Positions 40,944-56,230 of a stretch of DNA of 64,000 nt are shown here, in pieces. The stretch spans positions 48,484,001 to 48,548,000 of the forward strand of contig OX597828.1 in NCBI GenBank assembly GCA_951406725.2, given 5' to 3'. A program made the position numbers and the translations under genes. The number at the start of each line of letters is the position of its first letter. Position 1 is the stretch's first letter. The notes under the pieces are model-generated. The model saw nothing but the letters and a program-made list of their open reading frames with translations, had not been told where the DNA came from and ran no database searches. The DNA comes from Octopus vulgaris (Eukaryota).

Positions 40944-41337
40944 GGCGTAGGAGCGGCTGTGTGGTAAGTAGCTTGCTTGCGAACCACATGGTTCCGGGTT
41001 CAGTCCCACTGCGTGGCACCTTGGCAAGTGTCTACTACTATAGCCTCGGGCCGACCAAAGCCTTGTGAGTGGATTTGCTAGACGGAAACTGAAAGAAGCC
41101 CGTCGTATATATGTATATATATATGTTTGTGCGTCTGTCTTTGTCCCCCCAACATCGCTTGACAACCGATGCTGGTATGTTTACGTCCCCGTAACTTAGC
41201 GGTTCGGCAAAAAAGAGACCGATAAAATAAGTACTAGGCTTACAAAGAATAAGTCCTGGGGTCGATTTGCTCGACTAAAGGCGGTGCTCCAGCATGGCCA
41301 CAGTCAAATGACTGAAACAAGTAAAAGAGTAAAAGAG
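40944..41337 (+). mobile_element. SINE family A, full length
   Basis: TSD attaaaca and a (aaagagt)n-type tail. Confidence 0.9.
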
Positions 41338-41732
41338 ATTAAACAGACTGGATGTGGGTAAAAACGATATGATTGACGATAAGAAAAAGAAAAAAAACTG
41401 GCACTTCATCGGATATGACGACACGTGTTCCAGTTGATCCGATCATCGGAACAGCCTTCTCGTGAAATTAACGTGCAAGTGGCTGAGCACTCCACAGATA
41501 CTTGTACCCTTAACGTAGTTCTCAGGGAGATTCAGTGTGACACGAACCGTGATAAGACCGGCCCTTTTGAATTTACAGCTACAACTCATTTTTACTGGCT
41601 GAGTGGACTGGAACAACGTTTTTCTCAAGGAAACAACACGCAGAGAATCGAACACACGACCTTATGATCGTGAGCTGAATATCCTAACCAGTAAGCCATA
41701 CGATAAATAGTCTCTAGTACATTGGCATATCG

Positions 41733-42025
41733 TGGAGGAACATGGCTTAGTGGTTAGAGCAGCGGACTTGCGGTCGAGGGATAGCGGGTTCGAATCTCAG
41801 ACCGGGCGATGTGTGTGTTTATGATCGAAACACCTAAGCTCCACGCGACTTCGGCAGAAGGTAATGGCGAACTTCTGCTCACTCTTTCGCCGCAAGTTTC
41901 TCTCACTCTTTCCTCCTGCATCTTGCGACGGACCGGCGTTCCGTCCTGATGGGGAACCTATACTCCAAGGAAACCGGGAAACCGGCCCTTTGAGCCAGGC
42001 GTGGCTCGAGAAGGAACAAACAACA
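41733..42025 (+). mobile_element. SINE family C
   Basis: tggcttagtggttagagcagcggac...gggttcgaatc head and ggaacaaacaac tail. Confidence 0.85.
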
Positions 42026-43188
42026 TCGGCAAAATTGGTACATCAAGCTGTATAACTGCAGAAAATAAAAATGAGTGACTCTGTTATATATAGAACATGG
42101 AAGAAAATTGGCAGAAATTTCTTTTTAGAAAAATGCGCGAAGGCAATTTTGAAGAAGGCAAGAATATAATAGTTTCTAATTTATGCACACAAAAAAACAA
42201 GCAGTATTTGACATGAATTTGATTTTATCAACCTCAAAAGGATGAAAAGCAAAGTTGACCACAGTGGGATTTGAACGCAAGATGTAAAAAGCAGGAAGGA
42301 AAGCTGCACTCTCATTTTGTCTGACGCCGTAGCGATTCTGCCGATGCAATACTTGAACGCTAAAACGATAACAATATTAATAACTAGCTTATGTTCTTAG
42401 TTCAAATTTCGCCGCACTCCGAGGGGACTTTTATGCTAGCTCCTGTGGAGATCTAATTGGGCCTGCGGTCCAAAACTAAAGAAACCTAAATTGCATGACT
42501 ACAATACGTCTATAATGGTGGTGTTTGATTAGGGGTTAAGGACGGATGTGAATTAATTCTGTAATGCAATCATTCTATTGTTTCAGTTCCAAATTGAATT
42601 CCGACTGTTGGCCAATTTCTCCTAAAGTTCTTATCTCGACGTAAAAATAACGAAGCGAATGTCATTTACCTCCCCCTTGATCTCCGACGTCATCTGACAA
42701 ACGTTAACTAAGATAGCATGAATCAGCCAAGTTTCACCTGCTAGAAATAGCAACCCAAATGCTTTTAAATCAGATCCAAATGCTGGATGTTCAAGGACAG
42801 AATAAAGGGAAGATTTTCAATTCCGGGATCATCCTGATTCCAAAAAGCATGTCTATCTAGAGTTAATGTAAGCTGAGATACAGGGGTCCCAGACGGGCAA
42901 ACAAAATTTAGCTTTTATTACTATAGCTGATGATGCTGACGACAACGATGATGATGATAGTAAGGCTTTTTAATTGAGGCTTAGTCGATACTATCGACAT
43001 CAATACTTCTTTCATCATTTCTTATACTTGCTTCTCTCATATGACTACAGCCACCCTGGGGCACCGCCTTCAAGATTTTTTTAAAATCTAATGAATCGAC
43101 CCCAATATTTATTATTTTTTTTAAAGCTTGGTAGTTATTCTATCGGTCTCTTTTGCCGAACCGTTCAGTTACGGATCGTCAAACACCG

Positions 43189-43222
<34 letters not shown>

Positions 43223-43239
43223 ACAGACACACAGACACA

Positions 43240-43307
<68 letters not shown>

Positions 43308-43449
43308 CGTATGCATATATATATGTATATGGTGGTGGTGGAAATATTGTTTAGATCTAGGTCAACAGAAATAGACAGACAAAAAGACAGATAGACAGGT
43401 AGATAGATATATAGATAGATAAAACAGAAATAAGTGGAACATGTCTTAC

Positions 43450-44274
43450 TTTGCCCCATTCGTAAGTAATCCATTTGAAACAATCCATTCGACATTTTCT
43501 CTTAACTTCCGGTCTTTTCAATCGTCCTCGTTTACATACGCCAGCCGGAAGTTCTTCAAAGTAATTTGTTGTGATAATCTCACAAGATACATTTCGTGTT
43601 TGCCGTCCGTATCGTTTACAAGTGCTCGCTGTACACGATGACCACTGACTGCTCACGTAATATGCTCGTCTAGGGCGTTTATCGGCCGGGTCGGTAACAT
43701 TGGCGTACGGTGACGTTACCGTACCCAATAGGTACGATTCTCTGTGGGCTGTTTCTCTTAGAATATCAATTAAAGATATCAGATGAAGAACAACGGTTGA
43801 TTCCAAGGTTCGACTGACATTATTGTAGATCGTGTTACAGCGACACGTGTAGTTTTCTGATTGGTTCGGAGTTGAAGGCGTCTGAACTTTAATTCTGTGG
43901 AGAGAATTTCTTGAGTAGTTTACGCGAAGATCTGTAAATGGCACCAGTGGTTTGCCATTACGAAACCACCTAATGGAACTTCGATCGATACCTCGGGTTA
44001 AACAACGCACTGTCAATACGGTTGCTGGTAAGACATAGGCATGGGAACCTGTGAAGATATTGATTGCCATGGAATGCGTTAACTGGAAGAATTTCTTCAC
44101 TGGTTCTTTGATTCTTGGCTTTTGGCAAGGAAAAGAGTTGCAGACTCTGATGGAGCGTTGTCTTGGAATATCAGCACACTCAGTATCACTGACATTTACA
44201 AGATTTCCATCTGGCAGAACCTTTTGACAACCCAACCAGCGCCTCTGAAGACCTCCATTGCAAGACACCGAACA
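43450..44274 (-). CDS. Internal exon (825 bp, phase 0-0) of an ADAMTS-like/punctin (MADD-4/ADAMTSL1/3-like) gene: TSP1 + Ig-like domain + TSP1
   Basis: Acceptor ttttcag|TGT at 44274 and donor AAA|gtaaga at 43450, with 275 open codons. TSP1 motifs CSVSCNGGLQRRWLGC...CNSFPC and QWSSCTASTCKRYGRQTRNVSC. Ig segment TGSHAYVLPATVLTVRC...IRWFRNGKP...NYTC resembles the ADAMTSL Ig signature (GxAYLLPxTxVxIxC...IxWxKDG). Confidence 0.93.
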
Positions 44275-44344
44275 CTGAAAAATAACAAAGCAGTGATAAC
44301 ATAATTTGATACATGATATAATATAATATAATATAATATAATAT

Positions 44345-44700
44345 AATATAATATAATATAAACAGCAAAATGTCTGTCTGTGTGTGTGTCCTTTATACAA
44401 ATCTACAATTTTTCAGTTAGAGGGCTCGCACTTTCTATGGCCATTCAAAACCGTCCAAGGGTGGTCGTGCACATCTTTACATTTCCTCAGTCACCCCACA
44501 AAGCCATTAAAAAATCAATAGAAGTGACTTTTTTGTGAATTTTCTATCCAAAACCAAATCAAAATGCCCGAAACTTGATACGCCAATTGAATGCCAGCTA
44601 GCTGTATGTGATTGGTCGGAGATTTGGATAGTACTCGCATGTATGTGCGCACGCACGCAGCTGTATATGCATGCTCTAGCACTACGACTCGGCGTATGAT
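44345..44700 (+). mobile_element. Possible Helitron-like non-autonomous element 5' part
   Basis: tatataataaacagcaaaatgtctgtctgtgtgtgtgtcc start resembles invertebrate Helitron-derived repeats. No 3' CTAG hairpin was confirmed. Confidence 0.3.
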
Positions 44701-44895
44701 ATAATATAATATGACACCCTAGTCACATTAGCGACAATTATAATTCTCCTTTTAGGTGAAATATTACAAACTGCTGTTTATATTAATTTTATATGTAGAC
44801 ATTAGCGAATCGCTAAGTCATCCAATAATTTGGATAGAGAAGATATAAATACTAATAGCGAAGCGGGTCCGGAAAAAGCCGAACGACCGAGCGGG

Positions 44896-44944
44896 CTTAA
44901 CTGATGAGGCAACGGAAATTGACGAAACTGACGTCAGCATTAAG
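44896..44944 (+). ncRNA. Type I hammerhead ribozyme motif with U16.1>C substitution
   Basis: cttaa CTGATGA ggcaa cggaaa ttgac GAAA ctgacgtcag CA ttaag. Stem I is cttaa/ttaag and stem III is a 10-nt palindrome. Confidence 0.7.
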
Positions 44945-45128
44945 AATTCCCGATCGGCATTTTCTGGGCAATTATGGACCCTGTTAGTGTATATGTTTTC
45001 ATTCATTTGCGTAAACTACAGCATTAGAACGCTTTAGCTCTTATTTCTAGCAATGTAGATGTTTCCTAACACCCTAGTCACATGTAGTGACAATTATAAT
45101 TCTCTTTTTGGTGAAATATTGCAAATGG

Positions 45129-45195
<67 letters not shown>

Positions 45196-45292
45196 TGTGT
45201 GTGTGTGTGTGTGTATGTATTTTGAGATCTTCTCTCGGTTATGAGTCTCGCAATGTTAAAGCGAAATATTAAAGCGTATATATATATTTTTT

Positions 45293-45755
<463 letters not shown>

Positions 45756-46382
45756 AATTATATATACATATATATGTGTCGATGTAATCGACTTAATCCC
45801 TTTGTCTGTCCTTGTTTGTTCCCTCTATACCAAAGACTATAAAATAGTCTTTAGTACATTGGTATAACGTGGAGGCACATGGCCTAGTGGTTAGAGCAGC
45901 GGACTCGCGGTCGAGAGATCGCGGGTTCAAATCTCCACGCTTGAATAAAATCATAATTAACCGATCCTCCTGTATCTCCTTTTACTCAATGCCAGAAACT
46001 TTTCAGCAGCCCTTCCTGTATATACATGTATATAACTATTTCTTTATTACCCACAAGGGGCTTAACACAGAGGGGACAAACAAGGACAGACAAAGGGATT
46101 AAGTCGATTATATCGACCCCAGTGCGTAACTGGTACTTAATTTATCGACCCCGAAAGGATGAAAGGCAAAGCCGACCTCGGCGGAATTTGAACTCAGAAC
46201 GTAACGGCAGACGAAATAGCGTTAAGCATTTCGCCCGGTGTGCTAACGTTTCTGCCAGCTCGCCGCCGGTATACATGTATATAACTGCATACACACACGT
46301 AGGCACACGCGTGCACACATACACACACATGCATATCTATATGATCTCTCACGTGATAAAGACGATTCAAAAACCGTAATAC

Positions 46383-46602
46383 CTTCTCCCAGCTTCCGAT
46401 ACCCCACAGGGCTGGACATTCAGCTGAACTGATGCAAACTTTGAGCATTTTCGGCATGGGGTTAAGACAAAATTTATTGGCCACTGCTGAGAATTGTCTT
46501 TTGTCACCCTGGGTACCTTCTTCGACACATGCCACAAGACGTTGCTGGGTACTGTCCCCACAGGTAGGTTGACAAGGTGTATATTCATCGAGGTTGTACC
46601 AA
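46383..46602 (-). CDS. Internal exon (220 bp, phase 2-0) of the ADAMTS-like gene, TSP1 repeat
   Basis: tttctag|T TGG...GAG AAG|gtatta. Translates WYNLDEYTPCQPTCGDSTQQRLVACVEEG...FCLNPMPKMLKVCISSAECPALWGIGSWEK and joins in frame to CSVSC of the 44274 exon. Confidence 0.9.
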
Positions 46603-46739
46603 CTAGAAAGAAATGGAAGAGATCAAAGTTAGAATTGAATGGAACAAAAAAAGATTAGAAACTTAGCGCTTATTTGGCATACTTTCAATGGTGCGGTTGA
46701 ATTTTTTTTTTTTGTGGGGTCAGCGGTTAAATACGATAC

Positions 46740-47393
46740 TGGGGGTGCAGGTGTGGTTTTACGGGTAGGAAGTTTACTTCACAACCATCTAGTCTTGGGT
46801 TCAGTTCCACTTCACGGCACGCTTGAGCAAGTCTATTTTTACTACTGCCTTGAGCCGACCAAAGCTTTATGAGTGGATTTGATCGACGGAAACTGAAAGA
46901 AGCCTGTCGACGATAATGATGTCGAAGAATATGAGGATGGTGAAAAATGTATTCGCCTTTTAAATCAGTTTATCAATCTGTCTTTCTGACTGTCTCTATC
47001 TGCCCATCTCTTTTACTTGTTTCAGTCATTTGACTGCGGCCATGCAGGAGCACCGCCTTTAGTCGAGCAAATCGAAACTTATTCTTTGTAAGCCTAGTAC
47101 TTATTCTATCGGTCTATTTTGCCGAACCGCTATCGGTTGTTAAGCGATGTTGGGTGGATAAACACAGACACACAATATACACAGACATACATACACATAC
47201 ATACATATATACACAGACATACATATATGTATATACATATATACGACGGGCTTCTACCAAATCCACTCACAAGGCTTTGGTGGGCCCGAGGCTATAGTAG
47301 AAGACACTTGCCCAAGGTGTCACGCAGTGGGAATGAACTCGGAATTATGTGGTTGGTAAGCAAGCTACTTACCACACAGCCACTCCTGCGCCT
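46740..47393. mobile_element. Two oppositely oriented SINE A copies (46740-46910 +, 47009-47393 -)
   Basis: Matches to the family A head and body. Confidence 0.8.
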
Positions 47394-48688
47394 ATACGTA
47401 CATACATACATGTGTGTGTGTGTGTGTGTGTGACTGAGGGTGCCGAGGTACCTATGTTCGGCATCCTCAGTCACATTTAGTGACGATAAAATTTTTCGTT
47501 TATGGTATTATATTGCGCCTAGCTGTTTATAATGACTGATATATATATATATCAGTATATCCGTTTTCTTAGCAACGTACGTGCGTACCTACATATCTAC
47601 CCACTTATCTACCTACCTACCTAACTTGTCTGTCTGCCTACCAGCCAACCAACGAACCAGCCAGCCAGCCAGCCAACCGCCCTACCTATTTGTCCGTGTA
47701 TCTGTATGTACGAGTGAGTGTATGTACATATGCATGTATGTATGCATTTATGTATGCCCATAATCTGGAATGTCAACTGTGTACCTGAGGAAATGTCAAG
47801 TCAGTCAGTACAGATGTTTAGGGATGAAGGTTGTAAAAGGGGCGGGGGGGGGGCATAATTAGACGGGGGGTTGGGGAGAGATACAATGATGAAGAAGAAG
47901 CGAGATTGTTAGAGATACAGATCCAGTCACAAAAAAATATACAAATATGTTTGTGTATACATGTGTGTGTGTGTATGTGTGTGTGCGTATGTGGATGTGT
48001 GTGTGTATGTGTGTGTGCGTATGTGGATGTGTGTGTGTGTGAGCGCGCGTGTGTGCCCGTGTGTGTTCTTTTACTCTTTTAATTGATTCTGTCATTAAAC
48101 TGCGGTCATACTGGAGCACCACCTTGAGGGATTTAGTCGAACAAATCGACCTCAGAATTTATCATATACATATACATCGAAGACGGTGCCCCAGAATGGT
48201 CGCAATTTAATGACTGAAGCAGATAAAAGATAAAGATATATACATATACACACATACCTACCCATCTACAGGCATATATATATATATATATATGCATACA
48301 TACATGCATGCATACATACATACATACATACATACATACATACATACATACATACATACATACATAATTCTTTCTATTATAGGCACAAGGCATGGAATTT
48401 GTTGGAAAGGGATAGTCGTTCACATAGACCCCAGTGTTCCACTGGTACTTGATGTATCGACACCGAAATGATGAAAGGCAAAGTCGACTTTGGCGGAATT
48501 TGAACTCAGAACGTAAAGACAGACAAAATGCCGCTAAGCATTTCGCCCGGCGTGCTAACGATTCTGCCAGCTCGCCGCCTTAAACACACACACACACACG
48601 CGCGCGCGCGCGCGCGCACACACACACATATGAGAACGGAAGACAAACAGGCAGATAAAGTGCATGATTGAGGGAGGCAGAGAGAATA

Positions 48689-48734
<46 letters not shown>

Positions 48735-48974
48735 TGAGAGAAAGAAAGAAAGAGAAAGAAAGAGAGAGAGAAAGAAAGAGAGAGAGAAAAATAAGAAAAC
48801 GAAAGGTTTGTTACAGGTGCTGGTGATTGTGATGATGATGGTGGTTGTTTTGGTGTAGTAGTGATGATGATGGTGGTGGTGATGATAGTGGTGACAGTAG
48901 TAAATATAGAGGAGGATATAGTAGTGACGGTGGTAGTGGGGGAGAGCGAGAATTAAGTAACAAAAGAAAGGTAG

Positions 48975-49370
48975 AGAGAGAGGAAGGGGTGAGAGAGAAG
49001 GAGGGGAGAGCGAACGAGGGGGAGAGGAAGAGGTGAGAAAGAAGGAGGGGAGAGCGAAAGAGGGGGAGAGGAAGAGGTGAGAGAGAAGGAGGGGAGAGCG
49101 AACGAGGGGGGAGAGGGAGAGGGAGAGAGAAGGAGGGGAGAGCGAAAGAGGGGCGAGAGGAAGAGGTGAGAGAGAAGGAGGGGAGAGCGAACGGGGGGGG
49201 AGAGGAAGAGGGGAGAGCGAACGAGGGGGGGAGAGGAAGAGGTGAGAGAGAAGGAGGGGAGAGCGAACGAGGGGGGGAGAGGAAGAGGGGAGAGCGAACG
49301 AGGGGGGGAGAGGAAGAGGTGAGAGAGAAGGAGGGGAGAGCGAACGAGGGGGGGAGAGGAAGAGGGGGAA
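48975..49370. repeat. Purine-rich minisatellite, about 44-bp unit
   Basis: About 9 copies of gaggtgagagagaaggaggggagagcgaacgagggggagaggaa. Confidence 0.85.
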
Positions 49371-49509
49371 GATGACGAATTCCCCTCTCCAACCCGTGAA
49401 AGATATATGCTAGAGTGGGGAGGGGAAGTGTAACGGGGGGAAAGGCGGTAGAGGGGGGAGGGTGCGGGTGAGATTACGTCGGGAGGAGAGGAGAAAAGAG
49501 GAGCAACAA

Positions 49510-49544
49510 GTCACGTGACGGCCGTGACACGCTGACACGTGTCA
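49510..49544. promoter_or_regulatory. Cluster of palindromic E-box motifs (candidate intronic enhancer or promoter)
   Basis: GTCACGTGAC, ACGGCCGT and TGACACGTGTCA within 35 bp of CpG-rich unique sequence. Confidence 0.3.
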
Positions 49545-49993
49545 TCAGTATGAAATAGACAAACGTGTTCCGTCGAGAAGGTATTTTAATTATCACATGG
49601 GGGATTTCAAACAGATGCAACTTAGGAAAACGTAAACTACGCTGTCTGCTACTCAGAGTACTCTGACACGGGTTCGAGCCTCGGTAATCACGATAATTTT
49701 CACTTTTACTATTTCCTTTGAGAAAGGCGTTAATGTCACAACATCGCTTATCTACGCCCCAGACCACCTCCACTTTAGAACAAATATACTCAAAATGAAA
49801 GACCTTCTACATTTATATGTCATACTGGAGCACCACCTTGAGGGATTTAGTCGAACAAATCGACCTCAGAATTTATATACATCCAAGACGGTGCCCCAGA
49901 ATGGTCGCAATTTAATGACTGAAGCAGATAAAAGATAAAGATATATACATATACACACATACCTACCCACCTACAGGCATACATATATATATA

Positions 49994-50431
49994 GGCGCAG
50001 GAGTGGCTGTGTGGTAAGTAGCTTGTTTACCAACCACATGGTTCCGGGTTCAGTCCCACTGCGTGGCACCTTGGGCAAGTGTCTTCCACTATAGCCTCGG
50101 GCCGACTAAAGCCTTGTGAGTGGATTTGGTAGACGGAAACTGAAAGAAGCCCGTCGTATATATATGTATATACATATATATGTGTGTGTTGTGTATGTGT
50201 GTGTACGTGTGTGTGTGTGTATGTTTGTATGTCTGTGTTTGTCCCTCAACATCGCTTGACAATCGATGCTGTTGTGTTTAAGTCCCCGTAACTAAGCGGG
50301 TCGGCTAAAGAGACCGATAGAATAAGTACTATGCTTACAAAGAATAAGTCCTAGTGTCGATTTCTTGGACTAAAGGCGGTGCTCCAGCATGGCTGCAGTC
50401 AAATGACTGAAACAACTAAAAGAGTAATAGA
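49994..50431 (+). mobile_element. SINE family A, full length
   Basis: ggcgcaggagtggctgtgtggtaag head through to the gactgaaacaactaaaagag tail. Confidence 0.9.
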
Positions 50432-50432
50432 G

Positions 50433-50468
<36 letters not shown>

Positions 50469-50538
50469 TGTATGTATGTATGTATGTATGTATGTATGTA
50501 TGTATGTATGTATGGATGGATGGATGGATGGATGTATG

Positions 50539-50585
<47 letters not shown>

Positions 50586-50749
50586 ACCGCTAAAAGTTTT
50601 TTCATTCTGTCTGTTTATTTCTTCGTGTTCCTTTCTGTTGAAGAGCGTAGGCTCGAAACGTAAAATGCTTTCTCACCTTCTCGAGCGTCAAACTAATACA
50701 CCTGCTTGTTGTTTATACACCTGTCTTCGTCTTGTTTTCTGTAAATTTC

Positions 50750-50797
<48 letters not shown>

Positions 50798-51015
50798 TAT
50801 ATATATAAACCTTATTCAGCATGGATTTTTGTCAGTGAACAGGTCGCGGATTTTAGCGACGAAAATATTTTGACAAATTAAACTTAAATGTTGAAGTGAA
50901 TCTAACGGCTTTTGTGTGTTTCTTAAATGGCTTATAAACACCTTCCACGCTGCAATTGTTTTCGTTTCAGCACACGATCTCAGATCAAATTACTTGCTAT
51001 GCGAGTACATCTCCG

Positions 51016-51078
<63 letters not shown>

Positions 51079-51229
51079 ACAGGCATAGGCAACCTTTTCC
51101 AAGAAGCGGGCCGCATGAGACAGGAATCATCATTAGGCAAGTGGTTGTGCAACTAAGAATTTTCAAAGTAATTCTTCTTTGTTTTGTATTATTTAGAAAC
51201 TCCAATGGGCCGCAGTTTGCCAATAACTG
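51079..51229. mobile_element. Small hAT-like MITE
   Basis: caggcataggcaa...ttgccaataactg imperfect TIRs, with internal gggccgca motifs. Confidence 0.45.
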
Positions 51230-51399
51230 ATATACATGTTAATAAGAGGGAGTGTGTACATATGTGTGTGTATGTGTTAAAAAATGAAAGACAACATAAC
51301 AAAAAGACAAGATAATAGTTAATGTATTCGGCTCACACTCAAAGAAATATATAGATATCGATAACGTTTCGGGTGCAAGTCTTTCCTCATATGCATAGA

Positions 51400-52630
51400 G
51401 AAACAACAAAAGAAAATAAGAAAACATTGAAGAGAACTGGAGACGCGATTACTCGAATTGGATATAAGTTTGAAGCAGATGGAACTGTTCAGAGCGTCCG
51501 TATGAAACGTTATATGAAAAAACCGAGAATATTGATGAACCTCACAAAACAAGAAAGAGTGTCCGTAACATATTGTAAGGGTTGAAGAAAATCTGCGAAA
51601 CAAGCGAGTCGTGAGATAAGAATTTCAAAATCAAGTGTCCATTGCATTTTGAAGCGCTGCCGTTAGGAAGGTTGCATTCCAAGAATAGTCCATGCTTTCA
51701 GTGAAGATGATCCAGATCTAGGAGTGCAGTTTTGCGAGTGATACTTGGGAAAATGTGCAGAAGATGCACAGTTTCCATCAAAGAGTGTTTGGAGTGATAA
51801 GGCGACCTTTAAGTTATAAGACTCATTCAACTGTTTCTGTGTATTACGGAGGGACATCATGTTTATTTACCAGGAGCTACAATTTAGTGCGGCTTATCAT
51901 CAAGTTGATTAACTGAACCTGTGGCTGGTTCCGTTTACTTGAACTTCCTGCGATAATGACGAGCTTTCGAGAGACCTTCGAACATGTGGAGTTTATTCCC
52001 TGCAAGGTTTGTTGATCTTTGTGGTTCCATTGCGTCGCCTGACCAGCAACGTCTGGACCAAAACAGTCATCAGTTGGAAAATCAGCGTTCATGAAAAACT
52101 TTAATTCTGTGTGCAGATTCTATTGAATTTTGAAAATGAAATATATTTAAAAATAATTTTTAGCAAACACTGAGTTTATAATCCCATATTACCATGGTAA
52201 TGTAAGCGCTTACCTTAATGAGTTTTGGTCAAACAGGTGAATTGAACGAAGAGGTTCAATAGAATACCCTACGCATTCACCTGACCATTCACCACTAGGT
52301 TTTTTTTTATGGGGATAATAAAATAAGATAACGTTTACGGCACAAAACCGGAAACAGTTAACAAGCCGAGGATTGCCATTGAATCGAAATGCTACAAATA
52401 CCGAAGGAAAGGTTTGTTGATCTTTGTGGTTCCATTGCATCGCCTGACTAGCAATGACTGGACCAAAACAGTCATCAGTTGGAAAATCAGCGTTCATGAA
52501 AAAGTTTAATTCTATCTGCAGGTTCTATTGAATTTTGAAAGTGAAATATATTTTAAAATAATTTTTCAGCAAACTCTGAGTTTATAATCATTTAGTATGT
52601 GTTTAGTTTTGGTGAGAGACACCCCGTATA
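51400..52630 (+). mobile_element. Decayed Tc1/mariner-superfamily transposon with an internal direct duplication (about 52005-52190 / 52410-52590)
   Basis: RKSAKQASREIRISKSSVHCILKR...VWSDKATFKL and RRGSIEYPTHSPDHSPLGFFLWG. Ends in gacaccccgTA. Confidence 0.7.
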
Positions 52631-52666
52631 TATAAAGTAGTAGTGTATAGTATATGAAGTTGTTGC

Positions 52667-52782
52667 CCACGGGTATATGACGTAGTGGTTAAGAGCGCGG
52701 GCTACTAACCCCAAGATTCCGAGTTCGATTCCAGACAGTGACCTGAACAACAACAACAGCAACAATAATAATAATAATAATA
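52667..52782 (+). mobile_element. Short tRNA-like SINE with (AAC/AAT)n tail and 10-bp TSD
   Basis: tgacgtagtggttaagagcgcgggctactaaccccaagattccgagttcgattcc. aagttgttgc is duplicated at 52657-52666 and 52783-52792. Confidence 0.75.
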
Positions 52783-53108
52783 AAGTTGTTGCTTATACGT
52801 CAAAATATTTGTAGTTGTTTTTGCCTGGTCTCATGTCCGATTGAGCAAATTTATGATCATCGGTATTCCACTCATGACTTATCAATCTTCTAAAATATTC
52901 CTTATTAGACAGTAAGGAGTGGTTTCAAGGAGATTTGGTTGCTATTTCTAACAAATCGAGTGACCACATATTGGTTTTCTCTGTTTACTCATGTGTTGGT
53001 ATTCATTGGTATTGACACAGATACACATATCACACTCACACATACACACACACATACATACATAGATACATACACACATACATAGATACATACATACATA
53101 CATATATA

Positions 53109-53142
<34 letters not shown>

Positions 53143-53145
53143 TTT

Positions 53146-53190
<45 letters not shown>

Positions 53191-53444
53191 GCACTCACAA
53201 ATGCCTATATACAAACACACATACATGTTTTGTTTCTGCGTTGCTATGGAAACGGATAAGAGGCGAATTGATAAACTCCCGGCTGTACTTTTAAAAACCG
53301 AAAGAAAAAAAGCATCGCTCCTTCATCAAATAGTACGATAAACCGCCATTTCCTGCGAAAAAAGCCGCCATGACTAAGTTGCCAAAGAATTTATAAGATG
53401 GCCGCTTCAGATTTGGTAGTTTGTTTTCTTCTCTTCCGCCTCTC

Positions 53445-53529
<85 letters not shown>

Positions 53530-53972
53530 GTTATTATTGTTATTATTATTTTGACGCTTACTGATCGGTAGCATAGATTAGGTCTTTCTAGAATGTATGA
53601 AAGAAAGAAAAAATTCTGTGATATTGTGTTACCAATAAAGGAACTGGATATTTACAGGAAATATACTAAATGATATCGTTGTTTTAATCAGTGTTCGCTT
53701 ATTCTTTTATTCTTTAAATTCGCTTATTTGGGTTCAATCACTGCACAGCGGCCATGCAGAAAGCATGCTTTGAAGTGAGTAGTCGAGCAAACTCCATTCT
53801 AATTCAACTAATATTTTTTATCAGTTCCTTTTGTTTTTTGTTTAGTGGTCTTCGTCGAGCAGTTAAGGTCTGTGAGCGTAAACAGACCAGCACAGGTTAT
53901 GCAGTGGTGGTGGTAGGAAAACACAAGCAGAAACAAAAAGCACACAGACATATCTATCTATCTATCTATCTT

Positions 53973-54044
<72 letters not shown>

Positions 54045-54109
54045 CTTGTCCGTCTGTCTGGCTACCTCTCTGAGTTTCTCTCACTCTCACTCTTTACCTT
54101 TATATATGT

Positions 54110-56230
<2,121 letters not shown>

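Noticed and set aside
43357-44400. The 347-aa ORF as a complete single-exon gene
   Set aside because: Its ends are intronic (the ILYY repeat and the SIYL tail). The real coding part is bounded by splice sites at 44274 and 43450.
52672-52735. tRNA genes at SINE heads (also 28326, 41740, 45875)
   Set aside because: A/B boxes are present, but there is no complete acceptor stem or cloverleaf, and they run into SINE bodies or tails.
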